A DNA stretch of 64,000 bases, taken from an uncultured Gemmatimonadales bacterium. Lineage in GTDB: Bacteria; Gemmatimonadota; Gemmatimonadetes; Longimicrobiales; Longimicrobiaceae. Location: positions 5,984,001-6,048,000 of the forward strand of contig OY970303.1 in NCBI GenBank assembly GCA_963716255.1, given 5' to 3'. Of this stretch, positions 27,835 through 40,216 are shown in pieces; the first letter of the stretch is position 1; each line of letters starts with the position of its first letter. A program made the position numbers and the translations under genes. The notes beneath the pieces were generated by a model. It was given only the letters and a program-made list of their open reading frames with translations, was not told where the DNA came from and made no database searches.

Positions 27835-28473
27835 ATGAACGCATCGCTCAACGCACAGTCCCGCACCGGGAGCGGCAAGGGGTTCGCCCGCAAGCTCCGG
27901 GCGTCCGGCCGCATCCCCGTGGTGGTCTACGGACACGGCGACAAGAACCAGGCGCTGTCGGTGGACGCGCTGGAGCTGGAGAAGCTGCTCGCCCGCATCA
28001 GCGTGGAGAACACCCTGATCGAGGTGGCGGTGGAGGGCGGCGGCACCACCCGCGCGCTGATCCGCGAGGTGCAGATGCACCCCTTCAAGCCCGAGGTGCT
28101 GCACGTGGACCTGCTCCAGGTGCACGCCGACGAGCGCATCCACCTCAAGATCCCCGTGCGCCTGACCGGCACGCCCGAGGGCGTGAGGAACGGCGGCGGC
28201 GTCCTGGACCAGGTGCTCTACGACCTGGACGTGGAGTGCTTCCCCGGCGACATCCCCGACTCCGTCGAGGTGGACGTCACCGACCTGGAAGTGGGGCAGT
28301 CGGCCCGCGTGCACGACGTGAACATGCCCAACGTCAAGGTCCTCAACGACGGCGACCTCCCCATCGCTTCCGTGCTTGCCCCCACGGTGCCGTCGCTGGA
28401 GGTGGAGGGAGCGGAAGAGACCGGGACCACGCCCGAGCTGGTGGGCGACCGCGAGAGCCCGGACCAGGGCTGA
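27835..28473 (+). CDS. rplY: 50S ribosomal protein L25 / Ctc
   Basis: GKGFARKLRASGRIPVVVYG, EVQMHP..VLHVDL, C-terminal Ctc domain. Confidence 0.95.
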   Translation: MNASLNAQSRTGSGKGFARKLRASGRIPVVVYGHGDKNQALSVDALELEKLLARISVENTLIEVAVEGGGTTRALIREVQMHPFKPEVLHVDLLQVHADERIHLKIPVRLTGTPEGVRNGGGVLDQVLYDLDVECFPGDIPDSVEVDVTDLEVGQSARVHDVNMPNVKVLNDGDLPIASVLAPTVPSLEVEGAEETGTTPELVGDRESPDQG

Positions 28474-29094
28474 TTGGGGCTCTTCGGCTTCTTTCGTCGG
28501 GAACGGGAGGACGCGCCGGTGGTGGCGGGGCTCAAGGTGGTGCTCGGGCTGGGGAACCCCGGCCCCGAGTACGCCGCCACGCGCCACAACGTCGGCTGGT
28601 GGCTGCTGGACGCCCTGGCCGAGGCGTGGAGCCTGGGCCGCTTCAAGAAGGAAAAGGAGACCGCCGTGGCCGCCGGCCGCGTGGACCCCTTTTCCGTCCG
28701 GCTGGTGAAGCCGCTCACCTACATGAACCTGAGCGGGCGGGTGCTGGCTCCGTACCGCCGCATGAACGCCTTCGACGCGGCCCGCGACCTCCTGGTCGTC
28801 GTGGACGACGTCGCCCTTCCCCCGGGGCGGATCCGCTTCCGCCCCGAGGGGAGCGCCGGGGGGCACAACGGCCTCAAGTCCATCGAGGCCGCGCTCGGCA
28901 CCCGGGCCTATCCCCGCCTCCGCATCGGTGTGGGGGAGCCGCCCCCGGGCGCCGACCTTGCCCGCTGGGTCCTTTCCCCGGTCCCTGCGGCGGACCGCCA
29001 GGCGGTCCTCGACCTCTTCCCCGACCTCGCAGAAGGCGTCTCCACCTGGATGAACCAGGGGATCGAGGCGGCCATGAACCGCTTCAACAACTGA
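28474..29094 (+). CDS. pth: Peptidyl-tRNA hydrolase (start uncertain)
   Basis: GLGNPGPEYAATRHNVG, KPLTYMNLSG, GGHNGLKS, RLRIGV. Confidence 0.95.
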   Translation: MGLFGFFRREREDAPVVAGLKVVLGLGNPGPEYAATRHNVGWWLLDALAEAWSLGRFKKEKETAVAAGRVDPFSVRLVKPLTYMNLSGRVLAPYRRMNAFDAARDLLVVVDDVALPPGRIRFRPEGSAGGHNGLKSIEAALGTRAYPRLRIGVGEPPPGADLARWVLSPVPAADRQAVLDLFPDLAEGVSTWMNQGIEAAMNRFNN

Positions 29095-29169
29095 CCCCCG
29101 CGCCTTTCCCTTTCCCGACCGCTCCGACCGGGGCGGCGCCCAACCACTCCTGAAAGCGGAGGACACCAC

Positions 29170-31311
<2,142 letters not shown>

Positions 31312-31345
31312 TCCCGTTTCTCGTCGGCGGGTCTGATCTGAACGC

Positions 31346-31373
31346 GAGCGCCTCCGGGTTTCCGGGGGCGCTC
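31346..31373 (+). terminator. Hairpin after hppA
   Basis: GAGCGCCTCCGG-GTTT-CCGGGGGCGCTC. Confidence 0.45.
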
Positions 31374-31400
31374 TGCGCTTCGGGGCGGGTTCTTGGCGTG

Positions 31401-31556
31401 GGGCCGCTCCGGAACCAGGCCAAACTGCCGGCCTGTTTCCTACGCGGGCTCCGGGAGCCTCGCCAAACAGCCGGCGAGTCTCCCTGCGCCGGAGGGAGCC
31501 AGCCGAAACAGCCCGGCTGTCTCCCTCCGAACAGATTCATGTGGATACTGCGGAAC
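31401..31556 (-). repeat. Family B three-hairpin repeat, copy B3 (inverted)
   Basis: Three hairpins with GGCWGTTT loops; shared flank GTTCCGCAGTATCC...GAATCTGTT. Confidence 0.9.
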
Positions 31557-31650
31557 GGCGAAAGGCAAAACGGCTCGCGAGGGCGAGTCGACCGGGCCGT
31601 GGCAGGCCCCTCCCCCCGGACCGCCACCACCAGTCCCGGACGTACACGCG

Positions 31651-31679
31651 TTGACGCAACCCGCCAGCCCGTGTAAATT
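31651..31679 (+). promoter_or_regulatory. sigma70-type promoter of ychF
   Basis: TTGACG-17 nt-TAAATT. Confidence 0.6.
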
Positions 31680-31755
31680 CCCCTGTCTGTCGGCCGGGCG
31701 CCCCTGAACCAGGCGCCCGGCCGCGTCATTTGCGGCAACGACCTCGCGTATCCAT

Positions 31756-32856
31756 ATGCTCAAGCTCGGAATCGTCGGCCTTCCCAACGTGGGGAAGAGC
31801 ACGCTGTTCAACGCGCTGACCTCGGCGGGCGCGGACGCGGCCAACTACCCCTTCTGCACGGTGGAGCCCAACGTGGGGATGGTGGAGGTGCCCGACGCGC
31901 GCGTGGACCTGCTCGCCGAGAAGGTGCAGCCGCAGCGGGTGGTGCGGGCGGCGGTGCAGTTCGTGGACATCGCGGGGCTGGTCAAGGGCGCCTCCGAGGG
32001 CGAGGGGCTGGGCAACCAGTTCCTCACCAACATCCGCGAGACCGACGCCGTGGTGCACGTGGTCCGCTGCTTCGACGACCCCGACGTGGTGCACGTCATG
32101 GGCGCCGTGGACCCCGTGCGCGACCGCGAGATCATCAACCTGGAGCTGATCCTCTCCGACCTTGCGCAGGTGGAGAAGCGGCTGGAGCGCGTCCGCAAGA
32201 CCGCCCGCGGCGGCGACGCCGAGGCAAAGGCCGAGCTGGCACTGCTGGAGCGCGTGCTGGCGGTGCTTTCCGACGAGCAGCCGGCCCGCGCGCTCGACGT
32301 GTCCGACGACGAGGAGAAGCTGCTCCGCTCCTTCAACCTGCTCACCGCCAAGCCGGTCGTGTACCTCGCCAACGTGTCCGAGGACGACCTGCCCGAGGGC
32401 GACAACGAGTGGGTCCGCGCCCTCCGCGCCGCTGTCGAGGCCAGCCGTGAGCGCGCCGAGGTCATCCCCATCTCCAGCAAGATCGAGTCGGAGCTGGGCG
32501 AGTTGCCGCAGGAGGAGCGCGCCGAGTTCCTGGAGTCGCTGGGGCTGGAGGAGCCGGGGCTGAACCGGCTGATCCGCGCCGGCTACCGGCTGCTGGGGCT
32601 CCAGGTGTACTTCACCGCGGGCGAAAAGGAAGTGCGCGCCTGGGAGATCCCCGTGGGCGCCAAGGGCCCCGAGGCCGCCGGCGTCATCCACTCCGACTTC
32701 GAGCGCGGCTTCATTCGCGCCGAGACCGTGGGGTGGGACGACTTCCTCAGGACCGGCTCCGTCAAGGCCGCCCGCGAGCAGGGGCTGATGCGCTCCGAGG
32801 GCAAGGAGTACGTCGTCAAGGACGGCGACATCCTCCTGTTCCGCTTCAACGTCTGA
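31756..32856 (+). CDS. ychF: Ribosome-binding ATPase YchF
   Basis: GIVGLPNVGKST, ANYPFCT, DIAGLVKGAS, FTAG..EVRAW, GVIHSDFERGFI. Confidence 0.97.
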   Translation: MLKLGIVGLPNVGKSTLFNALTSAGADAANYPFCTVEPNVGMVEVPDARVDLLAEKVQPQRVVRAAVQFVDIAGLVKGASEGEGLGNQFLTNIRETDAVVHVVRCFDDPDVVHVMGAVDPVRDREIINLELILSDLAQVEKRLERVRKTARGGDAEAKAELALLERVLAVLSDEQPARALDVSDDEEKLLRSFNLLTAKPVVYLANVSEDDLPEGDNEWVRALRAAVEASRERAEVIPISSKIESELGELPQEERAEFLESLGLEEPGLNRLIRAGYRLLGLQVYFTAGEKEVRAWEIPVGAKGPEAAGVIHSDFERGFIRAETVGWDDFLRTGSVKAAREQGLMRSEGKEYVVKDGDILLFRFNV

Positions 32857-32998
32857 GCCGGGCCGGCGGCGGTAGGCTGGCCTCTCCTCCCGGCCAGCCG
32901 CCGCCGCGCTGTCGGCCGTCCTCCCTTCCAAGGCACTGGCCGCTTCGCCTCCGCGGTGGCCCGGCCGCGTATTCGTCCTTCGCTTTCCTCCGGGGACC

Positions 32999-34330
32999 AT
33001 GACTACGCACCAATCCTACTACCAGTGCGTATCCTGCTTCTGCATCGGATTCTTGGAGCATCCGGCCGGCCACCCCGAGCAGCCCGTCCTCGCGGGGCCC
33101 TTCCGCGACTGCAAGAAGAAGGACAATTGCCAGCTCAGCGGCATCACCGCCAAGCATTGCGACGGCGGTGCGGACGCGTACGTCGCCTACTTCTCGTGCG
33201 ACACGTGTTCCGCGAGGGTCGTCATGGCGATCTTCGACGAGAGGGTCCGCTTCGGCCGGAGCTATCTGCGGTATCACGCGGGCTGCAACGGCAGGCTGAC
33301 GTACCTGTCCTCGGCTCCCCGGGAGAGCCACGACGCATACCATACCCACGAGAGATGGGACGCCGTCCGCACCCACATCGCCCTCACCCGGGCCCCCAGG
33401 GAAGAAAAGGATTCCCAGAAGAACGTGAGGGCATACCTCATCCGGAAGGGGTACCTTTTTCTTTCCGGCCAGGGCTCCCTCGATTTCGTCGCCCTCAACC
33501 AGACCGAGTTCGCGACCTTCCACCCGCTGTACTCCGTCGAAGAGCCCGCCTTTGCCCGGAATGCATTCCGTCAGTCCGTGATCCTCACGCCGCGGGTCGC
33601 GTACGGGTACCTGGACAGGTCCGCGAGCGGGGTGACCTGGCCCGACTTCGTGGTCTGCGACGGTCCCAACAAGATCGCGATCGAGCTGAAGACCCCGAAG
33701 AGCTACGTGCAGGGGACGGGGCAGCGCCCCATCCACAACAGCGGGGACACCGTGGGGAGGACGATCAATCTCGGCAAGGGGAAAACCGTGTGCGTGGGGC
33801 AGGAATTCGGGATGATCGGCGCGTGGATGCTCCAGTATTGGGAGGACGTTCACAAGGAGGCGGTCGGGCGCAAGGCGAACATGCCGCAGGACTACAAGAA
33901 CATCTTCCTGATCGACCTCGACGCCGTGGGGGCATCGCCCCAGGAGGCAACCGAGGACCTGAAGACCCTGTCCGGTCAGACGGCCTACGACAAGGACGGG
34001 CTTTGCGTCTACTCCAAGCAGTGGTGGGAGAAATACTGGGACAGCATCCAGTTCTTTCACGGCGGCGAGATGCTGGACTCGGAGCTGCTCGCGGGGAGGT
34101 TCGCGGGCCCACGGTTCACCTACGACCAGATTGCGGACCAGTTCAAGGCGCGGACGGTCTGCCTCAAGTGCAATGGGCACGTTCCCCAGGAGGAGCGGAA
34201 CGAGTGGGGGGTCTGCCGGTTCTGCATCCGCGCCGCGCAGATGCTCTGCGGACACCCCAAGCTCGCGCCGCGCGAGATCCAGTCGGGGATCTGCCTGATC
34301 TGCCTGGCGGCCCTGCTGTCTTCCCAGTGA
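32999..34330 (+). CDS. Orphan Cys-rich protein with PD-(D/E)xK-like nuclease motif
   Basis: 443-aa ORF with GGGGA RBS, globular composition unlike the shadow ORFs, WPDFVV...IAIELKT, multiple CxxC at both ends. Confidence 0.7.
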   Translation: MTTHQSYYQCVSCFCIGFLEHPAGHPEQPVLAGPFRDCKKKDNCQLSGITAKHCDGGADAYVAYFSCDTCSARVVMAIFDERVRFGRSYLRYHAGCNGRLTYLSSAPRESHDAYHTHERWDAVRTHIALTRAPREEKDSQKNVRAYLIRKGYLFLSGQGSLDFVALNQTEFATFHPLYSVEEPAFARNAFRQSVILTPRVAYGYLDRSASGVTWPDFVVCDGPNKIAIELKTPKSYVQGTGQRPIHNSGDTVGRTINLGKGKTVCVGQEFGMIGAWMLQYWEDVHKEAVGRKANMPQDYKNIFLIDLDAVGASPQEATEDLKTLSGQTAYDKDGLCVYSKQWWEKYWDSIQFFHGGEMLDSELLAGRFAGPRFTYDQIADQFKARTVCLKCNGHVPQEERNEWGVCRFCIRAAQMLCGHPKLAPREIQSGICLICLAALLSSQ

Positions 34331-34364
34331 TCCTCGCTCCCGGGCGCGAGACCCGCTGCGGCGG

Positions 34365-34393
34365 TTGACATTTCGCGCCGTTCCGGCTATCCT
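34365..34393 (+). promoter_or_regulatory. sigma70 promoter of the rplM operon
   Basis: TTGACA-17 nt-TATCCT. Confidence 0.75.
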
Positions 34394-34525
34394 ACAAATC
34401 TGTCCCGACCACGCAGGTCCGCTCTCGGGTTCGCCGGGCGCGGCAGGATCAACTTTTTTTCTGGCGGCGCAGGCACGGGGCGTAACGGTGGATACGCCCC
34501 GCGATCGTGCGGCACTGGGAGCCCG

Positions 34526-34954
34526 ATGAAGACGTATTCCGTAAAGGCCGGGGAGATCACGCGGCGCTGGTTCGTCGTGGACGCCGAGGGCAAGGTCCTG
34601 GGGCGTCTGGCGACCGAGATCGCGCGCGTCCTCCGCGGCAAGCACAAGCCGACCTACACCCCGCACCTGGACACCGGCGACTTCGTGGTCGTCATCAACG
34701 CCGACAAGGTGCGGCTGACCGGCAGGAAGGAGGATCAGAAGACCTACTTCCGGCACACCGGGTACATGGGTCACGAGAAGTTCATCCCGTTCCGCGAGAT
34801 GCTCGCCAAGCACCCCGAGCGGGTGCTCGAGCTTGCGGTCAAGGGGATGCTTCCCAAGAACGCGCTCGGCCGGCAGATGCGCCACAAGCTCAAGGTGTAC
34901 GCCGGAGCCGAGCACCCGCACTCGGCGCAGTCGCCGGAACCCCTCACCTTCTGA
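34526..34954 (+). CDS. rplM: 50S ribosomal protein L13
   Basis: [36 protein letters not shown]. Confidence 0.98.
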   Translation: MKTYSVKAGEITRRWFVVDAEGKVLGRLATEIARVLRGKHKPTYTPHLDTGDFVVVINADKVRLTGRKEDQKTYFRHTGYMGHEKFIPFREMLAKHPERVLELAVKGMLPKNALGRQMRHKLKVYAGAEHPHSAQSPEPLTF

Positions 34955-34962
34955 TCATTCGC

Positions 34963-35355
34963 ATGGCTACTGAGCAGATCCACGCCATCGGCCGCCGCAA
35001 GACGTCGGTCGCCCGCGTGTACCTCCGCCCGGGGAACGGGACGTGGGAGGTCAACGGCCGCACGCTGGAGGACTACCTCCCGCGCGGCGTGCTGCGCCAG
35101 GCGGCGAACCAGCCGTTCGCCGCGACCGAGACCCAGGGGCAGTGGGACGTCAAGGTGACCGTCGCCGGCGGCGGCCTCCGCGGCCAGGCCGACGCGATCC
35201 GGCTCGGCGTCGCCCGCGCCCTGGTCAAGATCAACGAGGACAACCGCCGCCGTCTGCGCGCCGAGTCGCTGCTGACCCGCGACCCCCGCGAGGTGGAGCG
35301 CAAGAAGCCGGGCCGTCCGGGCGCCCGCAAGCGGTTCCAGTTCTCCAAGCGCTGA
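34963..35355 (+). CDS. rpsI: 30S ribosomal protein S9
   Basis: GRRKTSVARV, GGG..GQADAI, LTRDPREVERKKPG, QFSKR. Confidence 0.98.
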   Translation: MATEQIHAIGRRKTSVARVYLRPGNGTWEVNGRTLEDYLPRGVLRQAANQPFAATETQGQWDVKVTVAGGGLRGQADAIRLGVARALVKINEDNRRRLRAESLLTRDPREVERKKPGRPGARKRFQFSKR

Positions 35356-35433
35356 TCGGGAGCGCGGAGGTCGTGGCGCCGGCGCGGAGAGATCCGCGCC
35401 GGCGCCGCCGCTTCCGAATCCCGACTCATCCTT

Positions 35434-35510
35434 CACACCTCCCGACGCCGTGCCCGGTGCCGCCTCGCGCGGTGGGCCACGGCGGATGACGGCGGTGGAC
35501 GAAACAACCA
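35434..35510 (+). promoter_or_regulatory. Probable structured rpsB leader (S2 autoregulation)
   Basis: Directly upstream of rpsB; CACAC...CGCCGTG/CACGGCG stem...GTGGA..AAACAACC. Confidence 0.4.
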
Positions 35511-35525
35511 GACGCACGGAAGCAC

Positions 35526-36410
35526 ATGGCTACGCCCCAGATCCAGGACCTCCTCGAGGCCGGTGTCCACTTCGGGCACCAGACGTCCCGCTGGAACCCG
35601 AAGATGCGCAAGTTCATCTTCGCGGAGCGCAACGGGATCTACATCATCGACCTGAAGAAGACCCTCCGCCAGCTGGAGCTGGCCCAGGAGCTGGTCCGCG
35701 GGATCGTGTCCCGCGGCGAGCGCGTCCTCTTCGTCTGCACCAAGAAGCAGCTCCGCCCCATCATCCAGAGCGAGGCCGAGCGCTCCAACTCCTTCCACGT
35801 GACGGAGCGCTGGCTGGGCGGCATGCTCACCAACTTCACCACGCAGAAGAAGCAGATCCGCCGGCTCCGCGAGCTGGAGCGCGGGCAGGAGGAGGGCGCC
35901 TTCGACTTCTACACCAAGAAGGAGCAGCTCATGCTCGACCGCGAGCGTGAGCGCCTGGACAAGTACCTGTCGGGCGTCAAGGACATGGCCCGGCTGCCGG
36001 GCGCGCTCTTCGTGGTGGACGCCAAGCGCGAGAAGATCGCCGTCAGCGAGGCCAACAAGCTGGGGATCCCGGTCATCGCCATCGCCGACACCAACGCGGA
36101 TCCGGACCTGCTCACGGTGCCCATCGCCGGCAACGACGACGCGATCCGCTCCGTGGGGCTGATCAGCGGCGCCATCGCCGATGTCATCGTAGAGGCCCGC
36201 GCCGCCATGCCGGCGGACGCCCGCCGTGCCTCCGACGAGGCCGAGGTGACCACCTACTCCACCGAGACGGGCGCCGCCGCACCGTCCGACAAGGACGACC
36301 GCGGCAAGGGCCGCCGTCCGCGCCGCAAGCGCAAGCCGCGGCCGGACGCGATCGCCAGCGCCCGTGGCGGCGAGGGCGGCGATGCCGCCGAGGGCGGGGA
36401 CGAGGAGTAG
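35526..36410 (+). CDS. rpsB: 30S ribosomal protein S2
   Basis: LLEAGVHFGHQT..WNPKM, RWLGGMLTNF, DTNADPD, GNDDAIRS. Confidence 0.98.
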   Translation: MATPQIQDLLEAGVHFGHQTSRWNPKMRKFIFAERNGIYIIDLKKTLRQLELAQELVRGIVSRGERVLFVCTKKQLRPIIQSEAERSNSFHVTERWLGGMLTNFTTQKKQIRRLRELERGQEEGAFDFYTKKEQLMLDRERERLDKYLSGVKDMARLPGALFVVDAKREKIAVSEANKLGIPVIAIADTNADPDLLTVPIAGNDDAIRSVGLISGAIADVIVEARAAMPADARRASDEAEVTTYSTETGAAAPSDKDDRGKGRRPRRKRKPRPDAIASARGGEGGDAAEGGDEE

Positions 36411-36437
36411 TCTGCCGCGGAGCCGGTCGGAAGTTCG

Positions 36438-36478
36438 ATGGGGCCACCGCGGGCGACCGCACGTGGCCCCATTTTTTT
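36438..36478 (+). terminator. Intrinsic terminator between rpsB and tsf
   Basis: ATGGGGCCAC/GTGGCCCCAT stem followed by a T7 run. Confidence 0.7.
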
Positions 36479-36576
36479 GAACGCGCGCGCCGGGTGGGCT
36501 TTCCTTCGCCCCCGCGCCGCTTAAATTCGTCCCGCCGAGAGGCGGCAACGACACATACTCAGGACGGATCAGCCAA

Positions 36577-37169
36577 ATGGAAATCTCTGCGAAGGCAGTC
36601 AAGGAGCTCCGCGACCGCACCGGGGCCGGGATGATGGAGTGCAAGGGCGCGCTCACCGAGGCCAAGGGCGACATGGAAGGCGCCATCGACCTCCTGCGCG
36701 CCCGCGGCGCCGCCAAGGCCGCGAAGCGCGCGGAGCGCGAGGCCAAGGAAGGCTCGGTCGGCAGCTACATCCACATGGGCGGCCGCATCGGCGTGCTCGT
36801 GGAGGTGGGCTGCGAGACCGACTTCGTCGCCCGCAACGACGCCTTCCAGCAGCTCGTCCGCGACATCGCCATGCACGTCGCCGCGGCCAACCCGGTGGCG
36901 CTGCGCCGCGAGGACTTCCCGGCGGAGCTGGTGGAGCGCGAGCGCGGCGTGTACCGCGAGCAGATGCGCGAGTCCGGCAAGCCCGAGCACATCTGGGACA
37001 AGATCGTGGACGGGAAGCTGGAGAAGTTCTACGCCGAGCAGGCGCTGCTGGAGCAGCCCTTCGTCAAGAACCCCGACATCACCGTGGGCCAGCTGGTGAC
37101 GGAGGTCGCCTCCAAGACCGGCGAGAAGATCGAGGTGCGCCGGTTCACGCGCTACGCCCTCGGCGAGTG

Positions 37170-37170
<1 letters not shown>
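36577..37170 (+). CDS. tsf: Elongation factor Ts (short form)
   Basis: [30 protein letters not shown]. Confidence 0.97.
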
Positions 37171-37904
<734 letters not shown>

Positions 37905-37929
37905 CCCTGTCCACACGAACGGAGTCCCC

Positions 37930-38484
37930 ATGCCCAGCAGCCTGAACAACGCACGCGAGAAGATGGAGAAGGCCCTGGAGACGGTGCGCCGCGAGTTCGG
38001 CGGCGTCCGCACCGGGAAGGCGTCGCCCGCGCTCCTGGACACGGTGCGCGTGGAGGCGTACGGCTCCATGCTGCCGGTCAACCAGGTGGGCCAGGTGTCG
38101 GCGCCGGAGCCGCGGATGCTCACCGTGCAGCCCTACGACAAGGGCCTGATCAAGGCCGTCGAGCGGGCGCTGCGCGAGTCGGACCTGGGGCTGAACCCGT
38201 CCAACGACGGCAACCTGATCCGCATCCCGCTCCCCGCCCTCACCGAGGAGCGCCGCCGGGAGTACGTCAAGCTCCTGCACCGCTACGCGGAGGAGGGGCG
38301 GGTGGCCGTCCGGCAGGCGCGGCAGCACGCCAACGACGAGATCAAGAAGCAGCAGAAGGACGGCGACCTTACCGAGGACGAGATGCGGCGCGGCCAGGAC
38401 CAGGTGCAGAAGCTGACCGACGAGTACGTCCACAAGGTGGACGACCTGCTGAAGAAGAAGGAAGCCGAGGTGCTGGAGGTCTGA
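37930..38484 (+). CDS. frr: Ribosome recycling factor
   Basis: RTGKASP, LGLNPSNDG, PALTEERRRE. Confidence 0.97.
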   Translation: MPSSLNNAREKMEKALETVRREFGGVRTGKASPALLDTVRVEAYGSMLPVNQVGQVSAPEPRMLTVQPYDKGLIKAVERALRESDLGLNPSNDGNLIRIPLPALTEERRREYVKLLHRYAEEGRVAVRQARQHANDEIKKQQKDGDLTEDEMRRGQDQVQKLTDEYVHKVDDLLKKKEAEVLEV

Positions 38485-38511
38485 GCCGGCGCGTGGCCGC
38501 GGCGGGTCCAG

Positions 38512-38550
38512 GGGGAGCTCCCGGAGGGACGGGGCTCCCCGCTTTCTTTC
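38512..38550 (+). terminator. Probable intrinsic terminator after frr
   Basis: GGGGAGCTCC/GGGGCTCCCC stem followed by GCTTTCTTT. Confidence 0.55.
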
Positions 38551-38566
38551 CCGCCAACCACTTTTT

Positions 38567-38594
38567 TTGACAAACCCGAGCAGTCCCGTAATTT
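38567..38594 (+). promoter_or_regulatory. sigma70 promoter of uppS (probably leaderless mRNA)
   Basis: TTGACA-16 nt-TAATTT, 6 nt before the ATG; no SD. Confidence 0.55.
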
Positions 38595-38600
38595 TCGCGC

Positions 38601-39344
38601 ATGTCCACCGACCTCCTTCACCAGATCCGCCTTCACGGCCACCTCCCGCGCCACGTCGCCATCATCATGGACGGCAACGGGCGCTGGGCGCGCGAGCGCG
38701 GGCGCCCGCGCGAGTTCGGGCACAAGGCCGGGATGTCCGCCGTGCGGGAGGCGGTGGAGGGTGCCACCGACGCCGGGGTGGAGGTGCTCACGCTCTTCGC
38801 CTTCTCGCAGGAGAACTGGCACCGCCCGCGCGGCGAGGTGTCGGCGCTGATGTCGCTGCTGCAATTGTACGTGCGGCGGGAGCAGCGCGAGCTGCGGGAG
38901 AAGGGGGTGGAGGTGCACGCCATCGGCGACCTGTCGCGCCTGGGGCCGCGCACCCGCCGCGCCCTGGAGGGAATCGTGGAGCACACCGCCGGCGGAAGCC
39001 GCATGCGGCTCAACCTGGCGGTGAGCTACGGTTCCCGCAGCGAGATCGTCCGCGCGGCGCAGCGGCTGGCGGAGCGCGTCCGGGCGGGCACCCTCGCCCC
39101 CGGCGAGATCGACGAGTCGCTCTTCGCCGCCGAGCTCTACACCGCCGGCGATCCCGACCCGGACCTGCTGATCCGCACCTCCGGGGAGCACCGCATCTCC
39201 AACTTCATGCTCTGGCAGCTCGCGTACACCGAGCTGCACATGACCTCCGTGCTCTGGCCCGACTTCAAGCGGGAGCACCTCTTCCAGGCGATCCGCGACT
39301 TCCAGCGCCGCGAGCGGCGCTTCGGGCGCGTCGCCGCGACCTGA
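38601..39344 (+). CDS. uppS: Undecaprenyl diphosphate synthase
   Basis: HVAIIMDGNGRWA, FSQENW.RP, DPDLLIRTSGE.RISNF. Confidence 0.97.
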   Translation: MSTDLLHQIRLHGHLPRHVAIIMDGNGRWARERGRPREFGHKAGMSAVREAVEGATDAGVEVLTLFAFSQENWHRPRGEVSALMSLLQLYVRREQRELREKGVEVHAIGDLSRLGPRTRRALEGIVEHTAGGSRMRLNLAVSYGSRSEIVRAAQRLAERVRAGTLAPGEIDESLFAAELYTAGDPDPDLLIRTSGEHRISNFMLWQLAYTELHMTSVLWPDFKREHLFQAIRDFQRRERRFGRVAAT

Positions 39345-39355
39345 GGGCGACGCCG

Positions 39356-40216
39356 GTGGCGCTTTCCGAGACCGCGAAGCGTGTGGGGGTGGCGGCGGTG
39401 GGGATCCCCCTCGCCGTGGGAGCGGTGTACCTGGGCGGCTTCGTGCTGGGCGGGCTGCTCGCCGCGATCGCAGTGCTGGCCGTGCTGGAGTTCCATCGCA
39501 TGGCGGAGCGCAAGGCGGCGCGCCCCCTCGTGTACCTGGGTGCCGCCGGGGCCGCGGCGCTGGTGCTGCTCGCCTCGGCGTTCCCCGGGGAAGGTCCCGG
39601 GGGCGCGGGCTTCGCCTGGCTGCTCGCCCTGTTCGTGCTGGCGACGGTCACGGCCGCCATCTGGACGCGGGGGGTGGAGGGCGAGCCGCTGCTCTCCGTC
39701 GCCACCACGGTGTTCGGCACGCTGTACACCGGCGGCCTGCTCTCCTACGCGCTGTTCCTGCGGCACCTCCCCGCGCGGCCGGACGCCTGGCACGGCACGG
39801 CGCTGGTCTTCGCGCCGGTGCTCCTCACCTGGGCAAGCGACACCTTCGCCTACTTCGTGGGGCGCGCCTTCGGCCGGCGCAAGCTGATCCCCCGCGTCAG
39901 CCCGGGAAAGACGGTGGAGGGCTCGCTGGGCGCGCTGGTGGGGACGGTCGCGGTGGCGGTGGGGTACTCGTTCGTCCTCGCCCGCTTCCCCGGCTACCGG
40001 ATGAGCATCGCCGAGGCCGCGGTGTTCGGCGTGCTCGTGTCGGTGTCGGCGCAGGTGGGCGACCTGGCCGAGTCGCTGCTCAAGCGCGACGCGGGGGTCA
40101 AGGACAGCGGCACGCTCCTCCCCGGGCACGGGGGCGCGCTCGACCGCTTCGACTCGCTGCTCTTCACGCTCCCGCTGGCATACCTGTTCTTCCGCTTCGT
40201 GGTCGGGCCCACGTGA
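39356..40216 (+). CDS. cdsA: Phosphatidate cytidylyltransferase
   Basis: SDTFAYFVG, SPGKTVEG, GDLAESLLKR..GVKDSG.LLPGHGGALDRFD. Confidence 0.95.
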   Translation: MALSETAKRVGVAAVGIPLAVGAVYLGGFVLGGLLAAIAVLAVLEFHRMAERKAARPLVYLGAAGAAALVLLASAFPGEGPGGAGFAWLLALFVLATVTAAIWTRGVEGEPLLSVATTVFGTLYTGGLLSYALFLRHLPARPDAWHGTALVFAPVLLTWASDTFAYFVGRAFGRRKLIPRVSPGKTVEGSLGALVGTVAVAVGYSFVLARFPGYRMSIAEAAVFGVLVSVSAQVGDLAESLLKRDAGVKDSGTLLPGHGGALDRFDSLLFTLPLAYLFFRFVVGPT

